A stretch of DNA of 44,580 nucleotides from Actinomycetes bacterium (lineage in GTDB: Bacteria; Actinomycetota; UBA4738): contig JAJYHN010000139.1 of NCBI GenBank assembly GCA_021784765.1, forward strand, positions 1 through 44,580, in the 5' to 3' direction. Made by a program: the position numbers and the translations under genes. Shown here one piece after another: positions 9,218 to 19,023 of the stretch (the first letter of the stretch is position 1; each line of letters begins with the position of its first letter). The notes beneath the pieces are model-generated. The model had not been told where the DNA came from. It saw only the letters and a list, made by a program, of their open reading frames with translations, and did not search any database.

Positions 9218-9795
9218 TCGAGCCTCCAGTCGGCCTGCGGGGGCTCCCCCTCCGGCACGCCGACCGCGACGCCGGGGGTCCCGGACGACCCACTCGCGCC
9301 GCCTGTCTTCGTGCGCCGCGCCACCCATGGCATGAGCCCGCCGGCATCGAGGATCTCCTGCATGAATGGCGGCAGGGGGGTCGCGGCGAAGCGCTTGCCC
9401 CTCGTCACGTTCTCGACGATGCCCTCGTCGAGGTCGACCCGGAACACGTCGCCGGTCGCGGCGTCCTCGGTGACCCCCGGGCACTCGACGATCGGCAGGC
9501 CGACGTTCACCGCGTTTCGGAAGAAGATCCGTGCGAACGACTCGGCGACGATCACCGAGATGCCCGACCCCTTGATCGCGAGGGGCGCGTGCTCGCGCGA
9601 GGATCCGCTGCCGAAGTTCCGCCCCCCGACCATGACGTCGCCCGGCCGCACGCGGGAGACGAACTCGGCGTCCAGGTCCTCCATGCAGTGCCTGGCGAGC
9701 TCCTCGGCCTCGGTGGAGGTGAGGTAGCGCGCGGGGATGATCACGTCGGTGTCGACGTTGTCCCCGTAGACGTGCCCGATCGCCTCGACGATCAT
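9214..9795 (-). CDS. leuD: 3-isopropylmalate dehydratase small subunit
   Basis: GDNVDTDVIIPARYL, NFGSGSSREHAP, SFARIFFRNAVNVGL. ATGA overlap with leuC. Confidence 0.93.
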   Translation of the reverse strand: MIVEAIGHVYGDNVDTDVIIPARYLTSTEAEELARHCMEDLDAEFVSRVRPGDVMVGGRNFGSGSSREHAPLAIKGSGISVIVAESFARIFFRNAVNVGLPIVECPGVTEDAATGDVFRVDLDEGIVENVTRGKRFAATPLPPFMQEILDAGGLMPWVARRTKTGGASGSSGTPGVAVGVPEGEPPQADWRLD

Positions 9796-11165
9796 CGGGC
9801 CGCACCCCCCTCCGCGACCGCGGTGCCGGCCGCCACCAGCGGGGCGCCGGGCCCCCTGCTCATCAGCGCCATGTCCGGCGGCTCGACGCCGACCTCGTCG
9901 GGGTGGGCGAGGCGCCCGAGGACGGCGGTGGCGGCCGCCACCGCCGGGCTCGCCAGGAACACCTTGGCCTCGCGGTGGCCCATGCGGCCGACGTAGTTGC
10001 GGTTCGACGTCGAGACGCAGACCTCGCCAGGCCCGAGCACCCCCATGTGGCCGCCGAGGCACGCGCCGCACGTCGGGGTCGACACCGTGGCGCCGGCCGC
10101 CGCGAAGATCTGCAGCAGGCCCTCCTCGTTCGCCTGCTTCCAGATCTCCTGGGTCGCGGGGATCACCATCAGCCGAACGCGCGGGTCGGCCGTGCGCCCG
10201 CGCAGGATGTGGGCGGCGATCCGCAGGTCCTCGATCTTGGCGTTCGTGCACGAGCCGATGAAGACCTGGTCGACCGCCACCCTCTCGGCCTGCGACACGG
10301 GCTCGGCCTTCGAGGGCAGCGAGGGCAGCGAGACCTGCGGCTCGAGGGCCGAGACGTCGATCGTGTGCGTGGCCGCGTACTCGGCGTCGGGGTCGCTGGC
10401 GTCGACGGGGAACTCCCGGACGCGGCCGGTCGCCGCCTGGCGCGCACGGACGTAGTCGAGCGTCACCTCGTCCGGCGCGATGATGCCGGACTTCGCGCCC
10501 GCCTCGATCGCCATGTTCGCCAGCGTGAACCGCGAGTCCTGCGACAGGTGGGCGAGCGCCGGGCCCGTGTGCTCCATGGCCTGGTAGGCGCAGCCGTCGT
10601 CGCCGACCTGGCCGATCACCGAGAGGATCAGGTCCTTGCCGATGACCCAGGGGCCGGGCCGGCCCTCGTAGACGAACCTCACCGACTCGGGAACCCGCAG
10701 CCAGATCTCGCCGGTTGCGAACACGGCCGCGAGGTCGGTCGAGCCGACCCCGGTCGAGAACGCGCCGACCGCGCCGTAGGTGCACGAGTGCGAGTCGGCG
10801 CCGATGATCACCATGCCCGGCAGGGCCAGGGCCTCCTGCGGGAGCAGGATGTGCTCGATGCCTCCGCGGCCGAGCTCGAAGAAGTGCTCGATGCCCTGCT
10901 CGCGGGCGAACCCGCGCATCGACATCATGAGGCCCGCGCTCGCGATGTCCTTGGCCGGGACGAAGTGGGAGGGGACCAGCGCGATCTTCGACGGGTCCCA
11001 CACCCGCTCGACGCCGAGCTCCTTGAAGCGCTTGATCGAGACCGGCGCGGTCACGTCGTTGCCCATCGCGAGGTCGACCCTGACCATGACGAGGTCGCCG
11101 GGCCGGACGGACTCGTGGCCGGCCGCGCGGGCCAGGACCTTCTCGGTGATCGTCATTCCCGGCAT
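9792..11165 (-). CDS. leuC: 3-isopropylmalate dehydratase large subunit (short LeuC/HacA type)
   Basis: GADSHSCTYGA, FIGSCTN, PTCGACLGG, STSNRNYVGRMG. Confidence 0.93.
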   Translation of the reverse strand: MPGMTITEKVLARAAGHESVRPGDLVMVRVDLAMGNDVTAPVSIKRFKELGVERVWDPSKIALVPSHFVPAKDIASAGLMMSMRGFAREQGIEHFFELGRGGIEHILLPQEALALPGMVIIGADSHSCTYGAVGAFSTGVGSTDLAAVFATGEIWLRVPESVRFVYEGRPGPWVIGKDLILSVIGQVGDDGCAYQAMEHTGPALAHLSQDSRFTLANMAIEAGAKSGIIAPDEVTLDYVRARQAATGRVREFPVDASDPDAEYAATHTIDVSALEPQVSLPSLPSKAEPVSQAERVAVDQVFIGSCTNAKIEDLRIAAHILRGRTADPRVRLMVIPATQEIWKQANEEGLLQIFAAAGATVSTPTCGACLGGHMGVLGPGEVCVSTSNRNYVGRMGHREAKVFLASPAVAAATAVLGRLAHPDEVGVEPPDMALMSRGPGAPLVAAGTAVAEGGAAR

Positions 11166-12701
11166 CTACGCCGACACCTCCTCGGTGCTCGTGACCGCAA
11201 GCGCCCGGTTGATGGCGGCGAGGTAGGCGCGGGCGCTCGCCTCCACGACGTCGGGGGCGAGCCCCCGCCCGGTCACCAGCCGGCCGCCGACCTCGAGCTG
11301 GACGACGACGTCGCCGAGCGCGTCGCTCCCACCGGTCACGGCCGACACGTTGTAGGAGACCAGCGTGGCCGCGACGGCGGTGGCCCGGCCGATCGCGCCG
11401 TAGGCGGCGTCGATCATGCCGTCGCCCATCGCCGAGTCCTCGACGGTCTCCTCGCCCCGGCGCAGCCGCACGGTGGCGGTCGGGGAGAGGTGGGTCCCGC
11501 CTGCGACGGCCAGCGACTCCATGACGAACGCCTCGCCGACACCGGCGCCGAGCTCCTCGGCGGCGATCGCCTCGAGGTCGGCGTCGGTCAGCGAGATCTT
11601 GCGGTCGGCGAGGTCCTTGAACCTTGCGAACGCGCGATCGAGGGCGTCGGGCTCGAGCCGGACGCCGAGCCCGGCCAGGGCATCGGCGAACGCGTGCCGG
11701 CCCGAGTGCTTGCCGAGCACGATCTTCGACCCCTCGTAGCCGATGGCCGTCGGGTCCATGATCTCGTAGGTCGCGCGGTTCATCAGGACGCCGTGCTGGT
11801 GGATGCCGGACTCGTGGGCGAACGCGTTGGCGCCGACCACGGCCTTGTTCGGCTGCACCGGGTAGCCGGTGAGCTTGGAGACCAGCCGCGAGGTCCGGGC
11901 GATCTCCTTGACATGCAGGCCGTGCGCGAGGCCGGTCGCCTGCCCGCGCGTCGCGACGATCATCGCGAGCTCCTCCAGCGAGCAGTTCCCGGCGCGCTCG
12001 CCGATGCCGTTCACCGCGACCTCGACCTGCCGCGCGCCGGCCAGCACGCCGGCGAGCGAGTTCGCGACGGCGAGGCCGAGGTCGTTGTGGCAGTGGACCG
12101 AGATCGTCACGTGCTCGGGCATCGCCTCACGCGCCGCCCGCACCAGCTCGGCGAACTCGTGCGGCAGCGCGTAGCCGACCGTGTCGGGGACGTTCAGGGT
12201 CGTGGCGCCCTCCTCGACGGCGGCGTGGAACGCCTCCAGCATGAACTCCGGATCGGTGCGGGTCGCGTCCTGCGCGCTGTACTCGACGTCCTCGGTGTAG
12301 CCGCGGGCGCGCCGCACGGCCCGCCGCGTCGCCTCCAGGACGTCCTCGCGCGACATCCGAAGCATCGAGTCCATGTGGATGTCGCTGGTCGAGATGAACA
12401 CGTGCAGGCGCCCATGCTGCGCGTCGCGGATGGCCTCCCATGCGCGGTCGACGTCGCCGTCGCTCGCGCGGCAGAGGGCGGCGATCACCGGGCCCTTCAC
12501 GTTCCGGGCGATGCGCCGGACGGCCTCGAACTCGCCGGCCGACGAGGCCGGGAACCCGGCCTCCAGCACGTCGACCCCGAGGCGCGCGAGCTGCTCGGCG
12601 ATCTCGAGCTTCTCGGCCTCGGCCAGCGCGATGCCGGGCGCCTGCTCGCCGTCGCGCAACGTGGTGTCGAAGATGCGTACGTGGTCAGGCACCGGAGGCA
12701 C
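11166..12701 (-). CDS. leuA: 2-isopropylmalate synthase
   Basis: [44 protein letters not shown]; C-terminal regulatory domain present. Confidence 0.95.
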   Translation of the reverse strand: MPPVPDHVRIFDTTLRDGEQAPGIALAEAEKLEIAEQLARLGVDVLEAGFPASSAGEFEAVRRIARNVKGPVIAALCRASDGDVDRAWEAIRDAQHGRLHVFISTSDIHMDSMLRMSREDVLEATRRAVRRARGYTEDVEYSAQDATRTDPEFMLEAFHAAVEEGATTLNVPDTVGYALPHEFAELVRAAREAMPEHVTISVHCHNDLGLAVANSLAGVLAGARQVEVAVNGIGERAGNCSLEELAMIVATRGQATGLAHGLHVKEIARTSRLVSKLTGYPVQPNKAVVGANAFAHESGIHQHGVLMNRATYEIMDPTAIGYEGSKIVLGKHSGRHAFADALAGLGVRLEPDALDRAFARFKDLADRKISLTDADLEAIAAEELGAGVGEAFVMESLAVAGGTHLSPTATVRLRRGEETVEDSAMGDGMIDAAYGAIGRATAVAATLVSYNVSAVTGGSDALGDVVVQLEVGGRLVTGRGLAPDVVEASARAYLAAINRALAVTSTEEVSA

Positions 12702-13710
12702 CCCCCTCCGGCGCGCCGCGGCGTCCGAGCCACGGCATCATCGAGCGGAGCCGGGCCCCGACCTCCTCGATCTGGTGCTCGCGCCCCCGGCGGCGCAGCG
12801 CCTCGAACCGCGGGAACCCGGCCTTGGCCTCGAGCACCCACTCGTTCGCGAACTGGCCGGTCTGGATCTCCGACAGGATCCGGCGCATCTCGGCGCGGAC
12901 GTGATCGTCGACCACCCGCGGCCCGCGCGTGTAGTCGCCGTACTCGGCGGTGTCCGAGACCGAGTAGCGCATGCCCCCGAGCCCGCCCTCGTACAGCAGG
13001 TCGACGATCAGCTTCAGCTCGTGCAGGCATTCGAAGTAGGCGATCTCGGGCTGGTAGCCGGCCTCGACCAGCGTCTCGAACCCGGCCTGGACCAGCGCGG
13101 CCGTCCCGCCGCAGAGCACGGCCTGCTCGCCGAACAGGTCGGTCTCGGTCTCCTCGCGAAACGTCGTCTCGAGGATCCCCGCCCGTCCGGCGCCGATGCC
13201 GCTCGCGTAGGCGAGCGTGCGGGCGCGCGCGGTGCCGGTCGCGTCCGTGTGCACCGCGAAGAGCGACGGCGTGCCGGCGCCCTCGGCGTAGGTGCGCCGG
13301 ACCAGGTGCCCGGGGCCCTTCGGCGCGACCATCGCGACGTCGACGCCCTCGGCCGGGCGGACCTGGTTGAAGTGGATGTTGAAGCCGTGGGCGAACATCA
13401 GCATGTCGCCCGGCGCGAGGTTCGGCGCGACGTCGGCCTCGTAGACGGACGGCTGCGTCGTGTCGGGCAGCAGCATCATCACGACCTCGGCCTCGCCGGC
13501 GGCCGCGGCGGTCGGGAGGACCCGCACCCCGTCCTCCTCGGCCGTGGACCACGACTTCGAGTCGCGGCGAAGGCCGACCCGGACGTCCACGCCCGAGTCC
13601 CGCAGGTTCAGCGCGTGCGCGTGGCCCTGGCTGCCGTAGCCGAGCACGGCGACGCGCTGGCCCTCCAGCGCAGACCGGTCGATGTCCCTGTCGTAGAGCA
13701 CGCTGCCCAT
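12685..13710 (-). CDS. ilvC: Ketol-acid reductoisomerase
   Basis: [54 protein letters not shown]. Confidence 0.97.
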   Translation of the reverse strand: MGSVLYDRDIDRSALEGQRVAVLGYGSQGHAHALNLRDSGVDVRVGLRRDSKSWSTAEEDGVRVLPTAAAAGEAEVVMMLLPDTTQPSVYEADVAPNLAPGDMLMFAHGFNIHFNQVRPAEGVDVAMVAPKGPGHLVRRTYAEGAGTPSLFAVHTDATGTARARTLAYASGIGAGRAGILETTFREETETDLFGEQAVLCGGTAALVQAGFETLVEAGYQPEIAYFECLHELKLIVDLLYEGGLGGMRYSVSDTAEYGDYTRGPRVVDDHVRAEMRRILSEIQTGQFANEWVLEAKAGFPRFEALRRRGREHQIEEVGARLRSMMPWLGRRGAPEGGASGA

Positions 13711-13782
13711 TCGGTCTCCTTCGTCGTCGGTGGTGGGGTGGGTGGCGGGCGCCGAGCCGCACGGCGGCGCCCCGGCCGGGGC

Positions 13783-14316
13783 TCAGGCGGTCGCGGGCTC
13801 CTTCGCCGCACGCAGGCGGTCGCGGTCCCGGATCCCGCGCTCGCCGCGGCCGAGCGCGATGCGGCCGGTGCGGACCATCTCGACCAGGCCGTAGGGCTCG
13901 AGCAGCTCGCAGAGCGCGTCGATCTTCGCCGACGGGCCGCTCACCTCGATCGTGACCGTCGCCTGGGCGACGTCCACGATGCGGCCGCGGAAGATCTCCA
14001 CGAGCTCGACGACCTGGAACCGCTGCTCGGGCTTGGTGCGGACCTTCACCAGGGCGAGCTCGCGCTCGACCGAGGCGGTCTCGCCGAGCTCCACGACCTT
14101 GATCACGTGGATCAGCTTGTTGAGCTGCTTGGTGACCTGCTCGAGCGGCTTGGTCGTGACCTCGACGACGATGGTCATCCGCGAGAGCCCTGGACGTTCG
14201 GTCGTGCCGACGGCGAGCGAGTGGATGTTGAACCCGCGGCGCGCGAACAGGCTCGAGACCTGGGTCAGCACGCCGGGCTGGTCCTCGACCAGGACGGAGA
14301 TCGTGTGCAGGCTCAT
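13783..14316 (-). CDS. ilvN: Acetolactate synthase small (regulatory) subunit
   Basis: [17 protein letters not shown]...[15 protein letters not shown]...KQLNKLIHV...[14 protein letters not shown] overlap with ilvB. Confidence 0.95.
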   Translation of the reverse strand: MSLHTISVLVEDQPGVLTQVSSLFARRGFNIHSLAVGTTERPGLSRMTIVVEVTTKPLEQVTKQLNKLIHVIKVVELGETASVERELALVKVRTKPEQRFQVVELVEIFRGRIVDVAQATVTIEVSGPSAKIDALCELLEPYGLVEMVRTGRIALGRGERGIRDRDRLRAAKEPATA

Positions 14317-16073
14317 GCGACCGGTGCCTCCGCGGGATCGTTCACGGGCCGAACGCCCTCGGGCCCGAGGATGATGTCGTCGTTCGAGGCGCCGGCCGGC
14401 ACCATCGGGAACACGTTCTCCGACGGGTCGACCCGGAAGTCGATCACGACCGTCCGGTCGGTGATCGACATCGCCTTGTCGAGCACCGCGTCGACGTCGC
14501 CGGGGTCCTCGGCTCGCAGCCCGACGGCCCCCATCGCCTCGGCGAGCTTGACGAAGTCCGGCGTGTCCTGGGTGAGGTGCACCTGCGAGTAGCGTTCGCC
14601 GTAGAACAGCTCCTGCCACTGGCGGACCATGCCGAGGTAGCCGTTGTTCAGGATCGCGACGGTGATCGGGATGCTCTCGGTGGCGCTGGTCGCGAGCTCC
14701 TGCGCCGTCATCTGGAAGCAGCCGTCGCCGTCGATCGCCACCACTCGCTGGTCGGGTCGGCCGACCTTCGCGCCGAGCGCCGCCGGAACGGCGAACCCCA
14801 TGGTCCCGAGCCCGCCGGAGTTGATCCACTGCCGGGGCCGCGTGAACCGGTAGAACTGCGAGGCCCACATCTGGTGCTGGCCGACGCCCGAGACGATCGT
14901 CGCCTCGCCCCTCGTCGCCTCGTAGATCCGCTCGACGACGAACTGCGGCTTGATCGGGCCGCCGTCCTCCTGCCGGTAGCGCAGCGGGAACCGCTCCTGC
15001 CAGTCGCGCAGGGTCCCGAGCCACGCCGAGTGGTCGGGCCGGCCTCGCTCCTCCTGGAGCTTTGCCAGCTCGCGCGCCAGGGCCGCCGTCACGTCCCTGG
15101 CGTCGCCGACGATCGGGACGTCGACGGACCGGTTCTTGCCGATCTCGGCCGGGTCGATGTCCACGTGGATCACCTTCGCGCCCGGCGCGAACCCCGCGAG
15201 GTTGCCGGTGACCCGGTCGTCGAAACGCACCCCGATCGCGATCAGCAGGTCGGCCCGCTGCATGGCGGTCACGGCCGTGTAGTTGCCGTGCATGCCGGGC
15301 ATCCCGAGCCCGAGCGGGTGGGTGTCGGGGAACACGCCACGGCCCATCAGGGTCGTGACCACCGGCAGGTCGCCCGTCTCCGCGAGCCTGCGGAGCTCGT
15401 CCGAGGCGTCGGAGCGCACGATGCCGCCGCCGACGTAGAGCACCGGACGCTCCGCGCGGAGGATCAGGTCGACCGCGGCCTTCACCTGCTTCATGCTGCC
15501 CCTGGTCGTCGGCCGGTAGCCGGGCAGGTCGACCGACTCCTGCCACTCGAAGCGCATGTCGGAGATCAGGACGTCCTTCGGCAGGTCGATCAGCACCGGC
15601 CCGGGCCGCCCGGTCGAGGCGACGTGGAACGCCTCGCGGACGACCCGCGGGACGTCGTTCGCGTCGGTCACCATCCAGGTCTGCTTGGTGATCGGCATCG
15701 CGATGCCGGTCATGTACGCCTCCTGAAAGGCGTCGTTGCCGACGACGGCGGTCGCCACCTGCCCGGTGATGGCCACGAGCGGGATCGAGTCCATCATCGC
15801 GTCGGCGAGGGGCGTGACCAGGTTGCAGCCGCCGGGGCCGGAGGTCGCCATGGCGACGCCGACGCGGCCGGTGGCGTGCGCGTATCCCTCGGCCGCGTGG
15901 CCGGCGCCCTGCTCGTGGCGGGTCAGGACGTGGCGGATCGACGACTCGAGCAACGGGTCGTAGGCGGGGAGGATGGCCCCGCCGGGGATCCCGAACACGG
16001 TGTCGACGCCCTCGAGCTCGAGGGCGCGAAACAGCGCCTGCGCGCCGGTGAGCTTCTCTCCGCCCCTGGCCAT
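14313..16073 (-). CDS. ilvB: Acetolactate synthase large subunit, biosynthetic type
   Basis: [39 protein letters not shown], ThDP motif DGDGCFQM...LNN. Confidence 0.97.
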   Translation of the reverse strand: MARGGEKLTGAQALFRALELEGVDTVFGIPGGAILPAYDPLLESSIRHVLTRHEQGAGHAAEGYAHATGRVGVAMATSGPGGCNLVTPLADAMMDSIPLVAITGQVATAVVGNDAFQEAYMTGIAMPITKQTWMVTDANDVPRVVREAFHVASTGRPGPVLIDLPKDVLISDMRFEWQESVDLPGYRPTTRGSMKQVKAAVDLILRAERPVLYVGGGIVRSDASDELRRLAETGDLPVVTTLMGRGVFPDTHPLGLGMPGMHGNYTAVTAMQRADLLIAIGVRFDDRVTGNLAGFAPGAKVIHVDIDPAEIGKNRSVDVPIVGDARDVTAALARELAKLQEERGRPDHSAWLGTLRDWQERFPLRYRQEDGGPIKPQFVVERIYEATRGEATIVSGVGQHQMWASQFYRFTRPRQWINSGGLGTMGFAVPAALGAKVGRPDQRVVAIDGDGCFQMTAQELATSATESIPITVAILNNGYLGMVRQWQELFYGERYSQVHLTQDTPDFVKLAEAMGAVGLRAEDPGDVDAVLDKAMSITDRTVVIDFRVDPSENVFPMVPAGASNDDIILGPEGVRPVNDPAEAPVA

Positions 16074-16077
16074 GGTC

Positions 16078-16377
16078 CTAGCTCGCCCCCCGTCCGGCCT
16101 CCACGGCCTCGCTCGGCGTCCGCCGTGCCCGGTAGCCGCGGCCCTCCAGCGCGTGGCAGGCGCGCTCGAACTCCCACGGCGTCCAGTCCCGCCGACGCTG
16201 CTGGAACGCCTCGTCGTCCTCGTCGAACGCCGTGGCCAGGTAGGTCACCTCGCTCGCGAACCAGTCCTGCAGGAACGCCCGCTCTCGGGTGTCGGACACG
16301 TCCAGCCGCACCTGACCGGGTCCCTCCCACTGGGCGGACCCCACGGATCGCCCGCCGCGATCGAACTCGAAGCGCAT
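16078..16377 (-). CDS. Hypothetical 99-aa protein, first cistron downstream of the ilv attenuator
   Basis: SD GGAGGAGG before ATG 16377; [21 protein letters not shown]...[15 protein letters not shown]...; stop is 4 nt from the ilvB ATG. Confidence 0.7.
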   Translation of the reverse strand: MRFEFDRGGRSVGSAQWEGPGQVRLDVSDTRERAFLQDWFASEVTYLATAFDEDDEAFQQRRRDWTPWEFERACHALEGRGYRARRTPSEAVEAGRGAS

Positions 16378-16487
16378 CTCGAACCGCCTCCTCCGGCGCC
16401 CTCGGCGCCGCCGTGTCACGTGTGTCTCGCTGCGTTCCCGGCCTCGCCGGGTCCCGGTCGCCTGCCGTTCACGGGAACCGGGGGAAC

Positions 16488-16516
16488 AAAAAACCCCTGG
16501 CGGATGCCAAGGGTTT
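16488..16516 (-). terminator. Intrinsic terminator of the ilv attenuator
   Basis: Minus strand reads AAACCCTTGGC-ATCC-GCCAGGGGTTT-TTTG: a GC stem-loop ending in a run of six U. Confidence 0.9.
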
Positions 16517-16551
16517 CGGCGCGGTCAGGGCGTGCGACGCCCCGCCCGCGC

Positions 16552-16608
16552 CTAGGTAATAAGGACGAGGACCAGGAGAGAAGCCAGAACTACCTGGTTG
16601 CCACTCAT
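16552..16608 (-). CDS. Branched-chain amino acid attenuator leader peptide (IlvL-like)
   Basis: MSGNQVVLASLLVLVLIT*; 10 of 18 residues are V/L/I. Followed by a GGCGCGG...CCGCGCC hairpin and the terminator. Confidence 0.88.
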   Translation of the reverse strand: MSGNQVVLASLLVLVLIT

Positions 16609-16617
16609 GTGGCAGCT

Positions 16618-16646
16618 ATGCTACGGGTCGCGCCACGATCGGTCAA
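16618..16646 (-). promoter_or_regulatory. Housekeeping sigma promoter of the ilv-leu-cimA operon
   Basis: TTGACC (16646-16641), 17-nt spacer, TAGCAT (16623-16618), 9 nt upstream of the leader ATG. Confidence 0.8.
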
Positions 16647-16725
16647 GGGGTCCTGCGGGCCCGACCTGCACGAACTTCCGGGCGCGGATTGTCCGCCCCG
16701 GCCATGCGGACGGCCGTGGAGCCAC

Positions 16726-17265
16726 TCACGAGGTCGGAGCGTCGCCGAGCCCGACGGAGTCGCGTGAGGCCGAGAGCACGCGCGTCGCTCGCCAGGTGAG
16801 CCCGGCGACCATCGCGAAGAGCGCCGCAAGACCGATCGTGCGTGACCAGTCGACGACGAGCCAGAGGTACCGGGGGAAGGACCGGAGGGCGCCGATCGAC
16901 CCGCTCGAGGTGAGCGGTGGATAGGCGGTCCAGACGGCGGACTGTCCCCTCAACGCATGCCAGGCGGCCGTGTCCTGCCAGACGGACCCGATCGCCCAGA
17001 CCCCGGCCGAGACGAGGACCACACGCAGGAGCCCGCGCACCCAGCGCCCGCTGGCGCGGTCGCGGAGCGTTCCGGCGATCCCGGCGGCCATCGCCGCGAG
17101 ATACGCGAAGAACAGCGTTGCCGCGAGAACCCCGCTCACCGTGTTCCTCCCGATCCGCCTCCGCACACGGCGGGTGGCCGGGACCTCGGCTGCCACCTGC
17201 CACCCAAGCTGCCGCCTCACACGAGCATGCGCCGCGCGCCTTGACCCGCCAGACCCGCTCATCAT
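16726..17265 (-). CDS. Hypothetical membrane protein (3-4 TM)
   Basis: Hydrophobic segments VLAATLFFAYLAAMAAGIAG, LLRVVLVSAGVWAIG and IGLAALFAMVAGL. Confidence 0.55.
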   Translation of the reverse strand: MMSGSGGSRRAAHARVRRQLGWQVAAEVPATRRVRRRIGRNTVSGVLAATLFFAYLAAMAAGIAGTLRDRASGRWVRGLLRVVLVSAGVWAIGSVWQDTAAWHALRGQSAVWTAYPPLTSSGSIGALRSFPRYLWLVVDWSRTIGLAALFAMVAGLTWRATRVLSASRDSVGLGDAPTS

Positions 17266-17278
17266 CCTCGAGACTTGG

Positions 17279-17854
17279 TCAGGATGTCGAGGAACTGAAG
17301 GCGCCTGTCGAAGGATCGAAGTTCAGTTGGTGCCCGCCGACGTCGACGATGAGCTCGGTCGGGGGTGCCGGATTCGCGGTCGGCGGCAGCAGGCCAAGGA
17401 GCGTCACGCCCCCCTGGTACGGAGGCTTGATCCAGGTCCAGTTCGCCAGAGGGTGGGCGGCTGCACCGTTGAGGCACGCGGTATCCGCGGCGGTGCACTT
17501 GTCGATGCCGATGAACCCATAGGCCTGACCTGCTCGGGGAAGAGTCAGGATGATCCACCAGGAACCGTACCTCATGCAGTTTCGGATCTCGCCCCTTGCC
17601 TGCGCGATGGCCGAGCTCTGACCGGACCACGATCCGCACGCGTCCGGGTCACTGGAGGGGGTCGGCGACGGAGAGGGTGTCGCCGTCGGCGAGGGCGAGG
17701 AGGCTGGGCTGGGTGTGGGCCCAGCAACCACGTTCGGGAGGCGCGCGCAGGCGACCAGCGCCAAGGAGAGGAAGAGAAGGACGAGAAGTCGAAGGCGGCG
17801 AGCGAACACGGGAATCGGAGCATCGCCGGGCTGTGATGCCCCTTCGCCGCTCAA
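17279..17854 (-). CDS. Putative lipoprotein with S/T-P linker and small Cys-containing domain
   Basis: RRLRLLVLLFLSLALVA-C lipobox; PTPSPASSPSPTATPSPSPTP linker; four further Cys. Confidence 0.7.
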   Translation of the reverse strand: MSGEGASQPGDAPIPVFARRLRLLVLLFLSLALVACARLPNVVAGPTPSPASSPSPTATPSPSPTPSSDPDACGSWSGQSSAIAQARGEIRNCMRYGSWWIILTLPRAGQAYGFIGIDKCTAADTACLNGAAAHPLANWTWIKPPYQGGVTLLGLLPPTANPAPPTELIVDVGGHQLNFDPSTGAFSSSTS

Positions 17855-17953
17855 CAGAAACTCACCGGGGGGCGATGCGCCGCCAGGTCGTGCCGCAGCG
17901 CCGCTCGGCGACCCGGGTGAGCAGCAGGGCGAGCCAGCAGGGCAGCACGGAAG

Positions 17954-18586
17954 TCACGAGTGCCCTGGGTCTTGCGACAGGACCGTGGTGAGCGATAGGC
18001 ACGGCACTTCGTACGAAGCCGGCCGGAGCACGGGGGCGGTGGTGACAACGGGCTGCACGAGTGTCTCGGGAATCACCTGGCGAAACGACCGAGCGCCGAC
18101 TCGGTAGTAGACGACTTCGTTGCGAACAACGAGGCGCCCAGGGCGCAGCGCTCGAAGAACCAGCAGGATTCTGCTCGTTGCTCCCGGTCGGAGCGTGAAT
18201 GGTGCGGCGGCGAGTGGCTGGACGCGACAGGTATGCGCGAAGAACCAGACGGGGGGAGATGCGACGTACCTGCCCCCGGGGACGCTTCGTGCGCCATTGG
18301 GATTGTCCACCGTGTACTCGATGCGTTCGACGGCGACCACAGTTCCCAGCCCGACGCCGGACAGGGCGATCCGCTGAACCGTCAGCGAGTTGGACGAGAC
18401 GTTGTGGAGCACGGGATCGAGCCATATCCACTGGGCGCCGGGGCGAACGGGCGGGAGGGAATCGGTCAGTGGATACGAGTGCTGGAGAGCATCGCCGGAC
18501 ATCAGAGACGGCCCACACGCGGGGGTCGCCGCCAGCAACGCGGCAGCCCCCGCGTACAGCACGACCCCGACGAGTCGCCTCTTCAC
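17954..18586 (-). CDS. Putative secreted protein or lipoprotein, Ig-like beta-rich
   Basis: MKRRLVGVVLYAGAAALLAATPAC signal; GTG start overlaps the TGA of the upstream remnant (GTGA). Confidence 0.65.
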   Translation of the reverse strand: MKRRLVGVVLYAGAAALLAATPACGPSLMSGDALQHSYPLTDSLPPVRPGAQWIWLDPVLHNVSSNSLTVQRIALSGVGLGTVVAVERIEYTVDNPNGARSVPGGRYVASPPVWFFAHTCRVQPLAAAPFTLRPGATSRILLVLRALRPGRLVVRNEVVYYRVGARSFRQVIPETLVQPVVTTAPVLRPASYEVPCLSLTTVLSQDPGHS

Positions 18587-19000
18587 GAGAGACAGCTTGC
18601 CTGCACGAGGTCAGTGACCGTGTAGCCGGAGCTCGTTCCCCACAGGTACCGATGCTGACCGCACCCTGACACGCCCGTCCATGTCTCCGTGGTGATCTGA
18701 TCATACATGGCCTTCGAGGACAAGCTGACCCCTTCGATGCTGAACGAGCCGCCCCATGTGTGCTTGGGTCCCGCTGCTTCGGGTGATGGTCTCGCCCACC
18801 AGCAGGACGTGAGCGTACGTCGCGATGAAGCTCGGAACGCTGTACGTATCCACTCCTGACGGCGGATTCCCGTAGTCACCTTCCCAGTAGAGCGGATCCC
18901 AGTAGTACCAGTGAATGCAGACGTGGTCGCACTGGACGGCCAGGTACTCGCGGAACCAGTAGCTGTGCACGAGTTCGTCGTCGGGGCCCGTCCGTGCGCC
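18583..19000 (-). pseudogene. 5'-truncated, frameshifted fragment of a Trp/Tyr/Cys-rich probable secreted protein
   Basis: One frame gives ...HSYWFREYLAVQCDHVCIHWYYWDPLYWEGDYG...GETITRSSGT. After a one-base shift near 18765 it continues KHTWGGSFSIEGVSLSSKAMYDQITTETWTGVSGCGQHRYLWG...ASCLS*, whose stop overlaps the next start. No start codon or SD is visible after ilvD. Confidence 0.6.
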
Positions 19001-19023
19001 CGGGGGCGCGCCGCGTTCGCCCG

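Noticed and set aside
9903-13370. 1155-aa plus-strand ORF, and similar long ORFs such as 39392-43750, 40281-43343, 5063-7801 and 34353-36944
   Set aside because: These are antisense or off-frame shadows of well-supported genes. They are Arg/Gly/Pro-rich with no motifs, as expected in very high-GC DNA.
16420-16650. T-box riboswitch for the ilv-leu operon
   Set aside because: No T-box consensus, and the leader is too short. The leader peptide plus terminator explains the region.
17862-17957. 31-aa micro-ORF (MTSVLPCWLALLLTRV...) GTGA-coupled to the 17954-18586 gene
   Set aside because: Only the overlap supports it; it is too short and has no motif.
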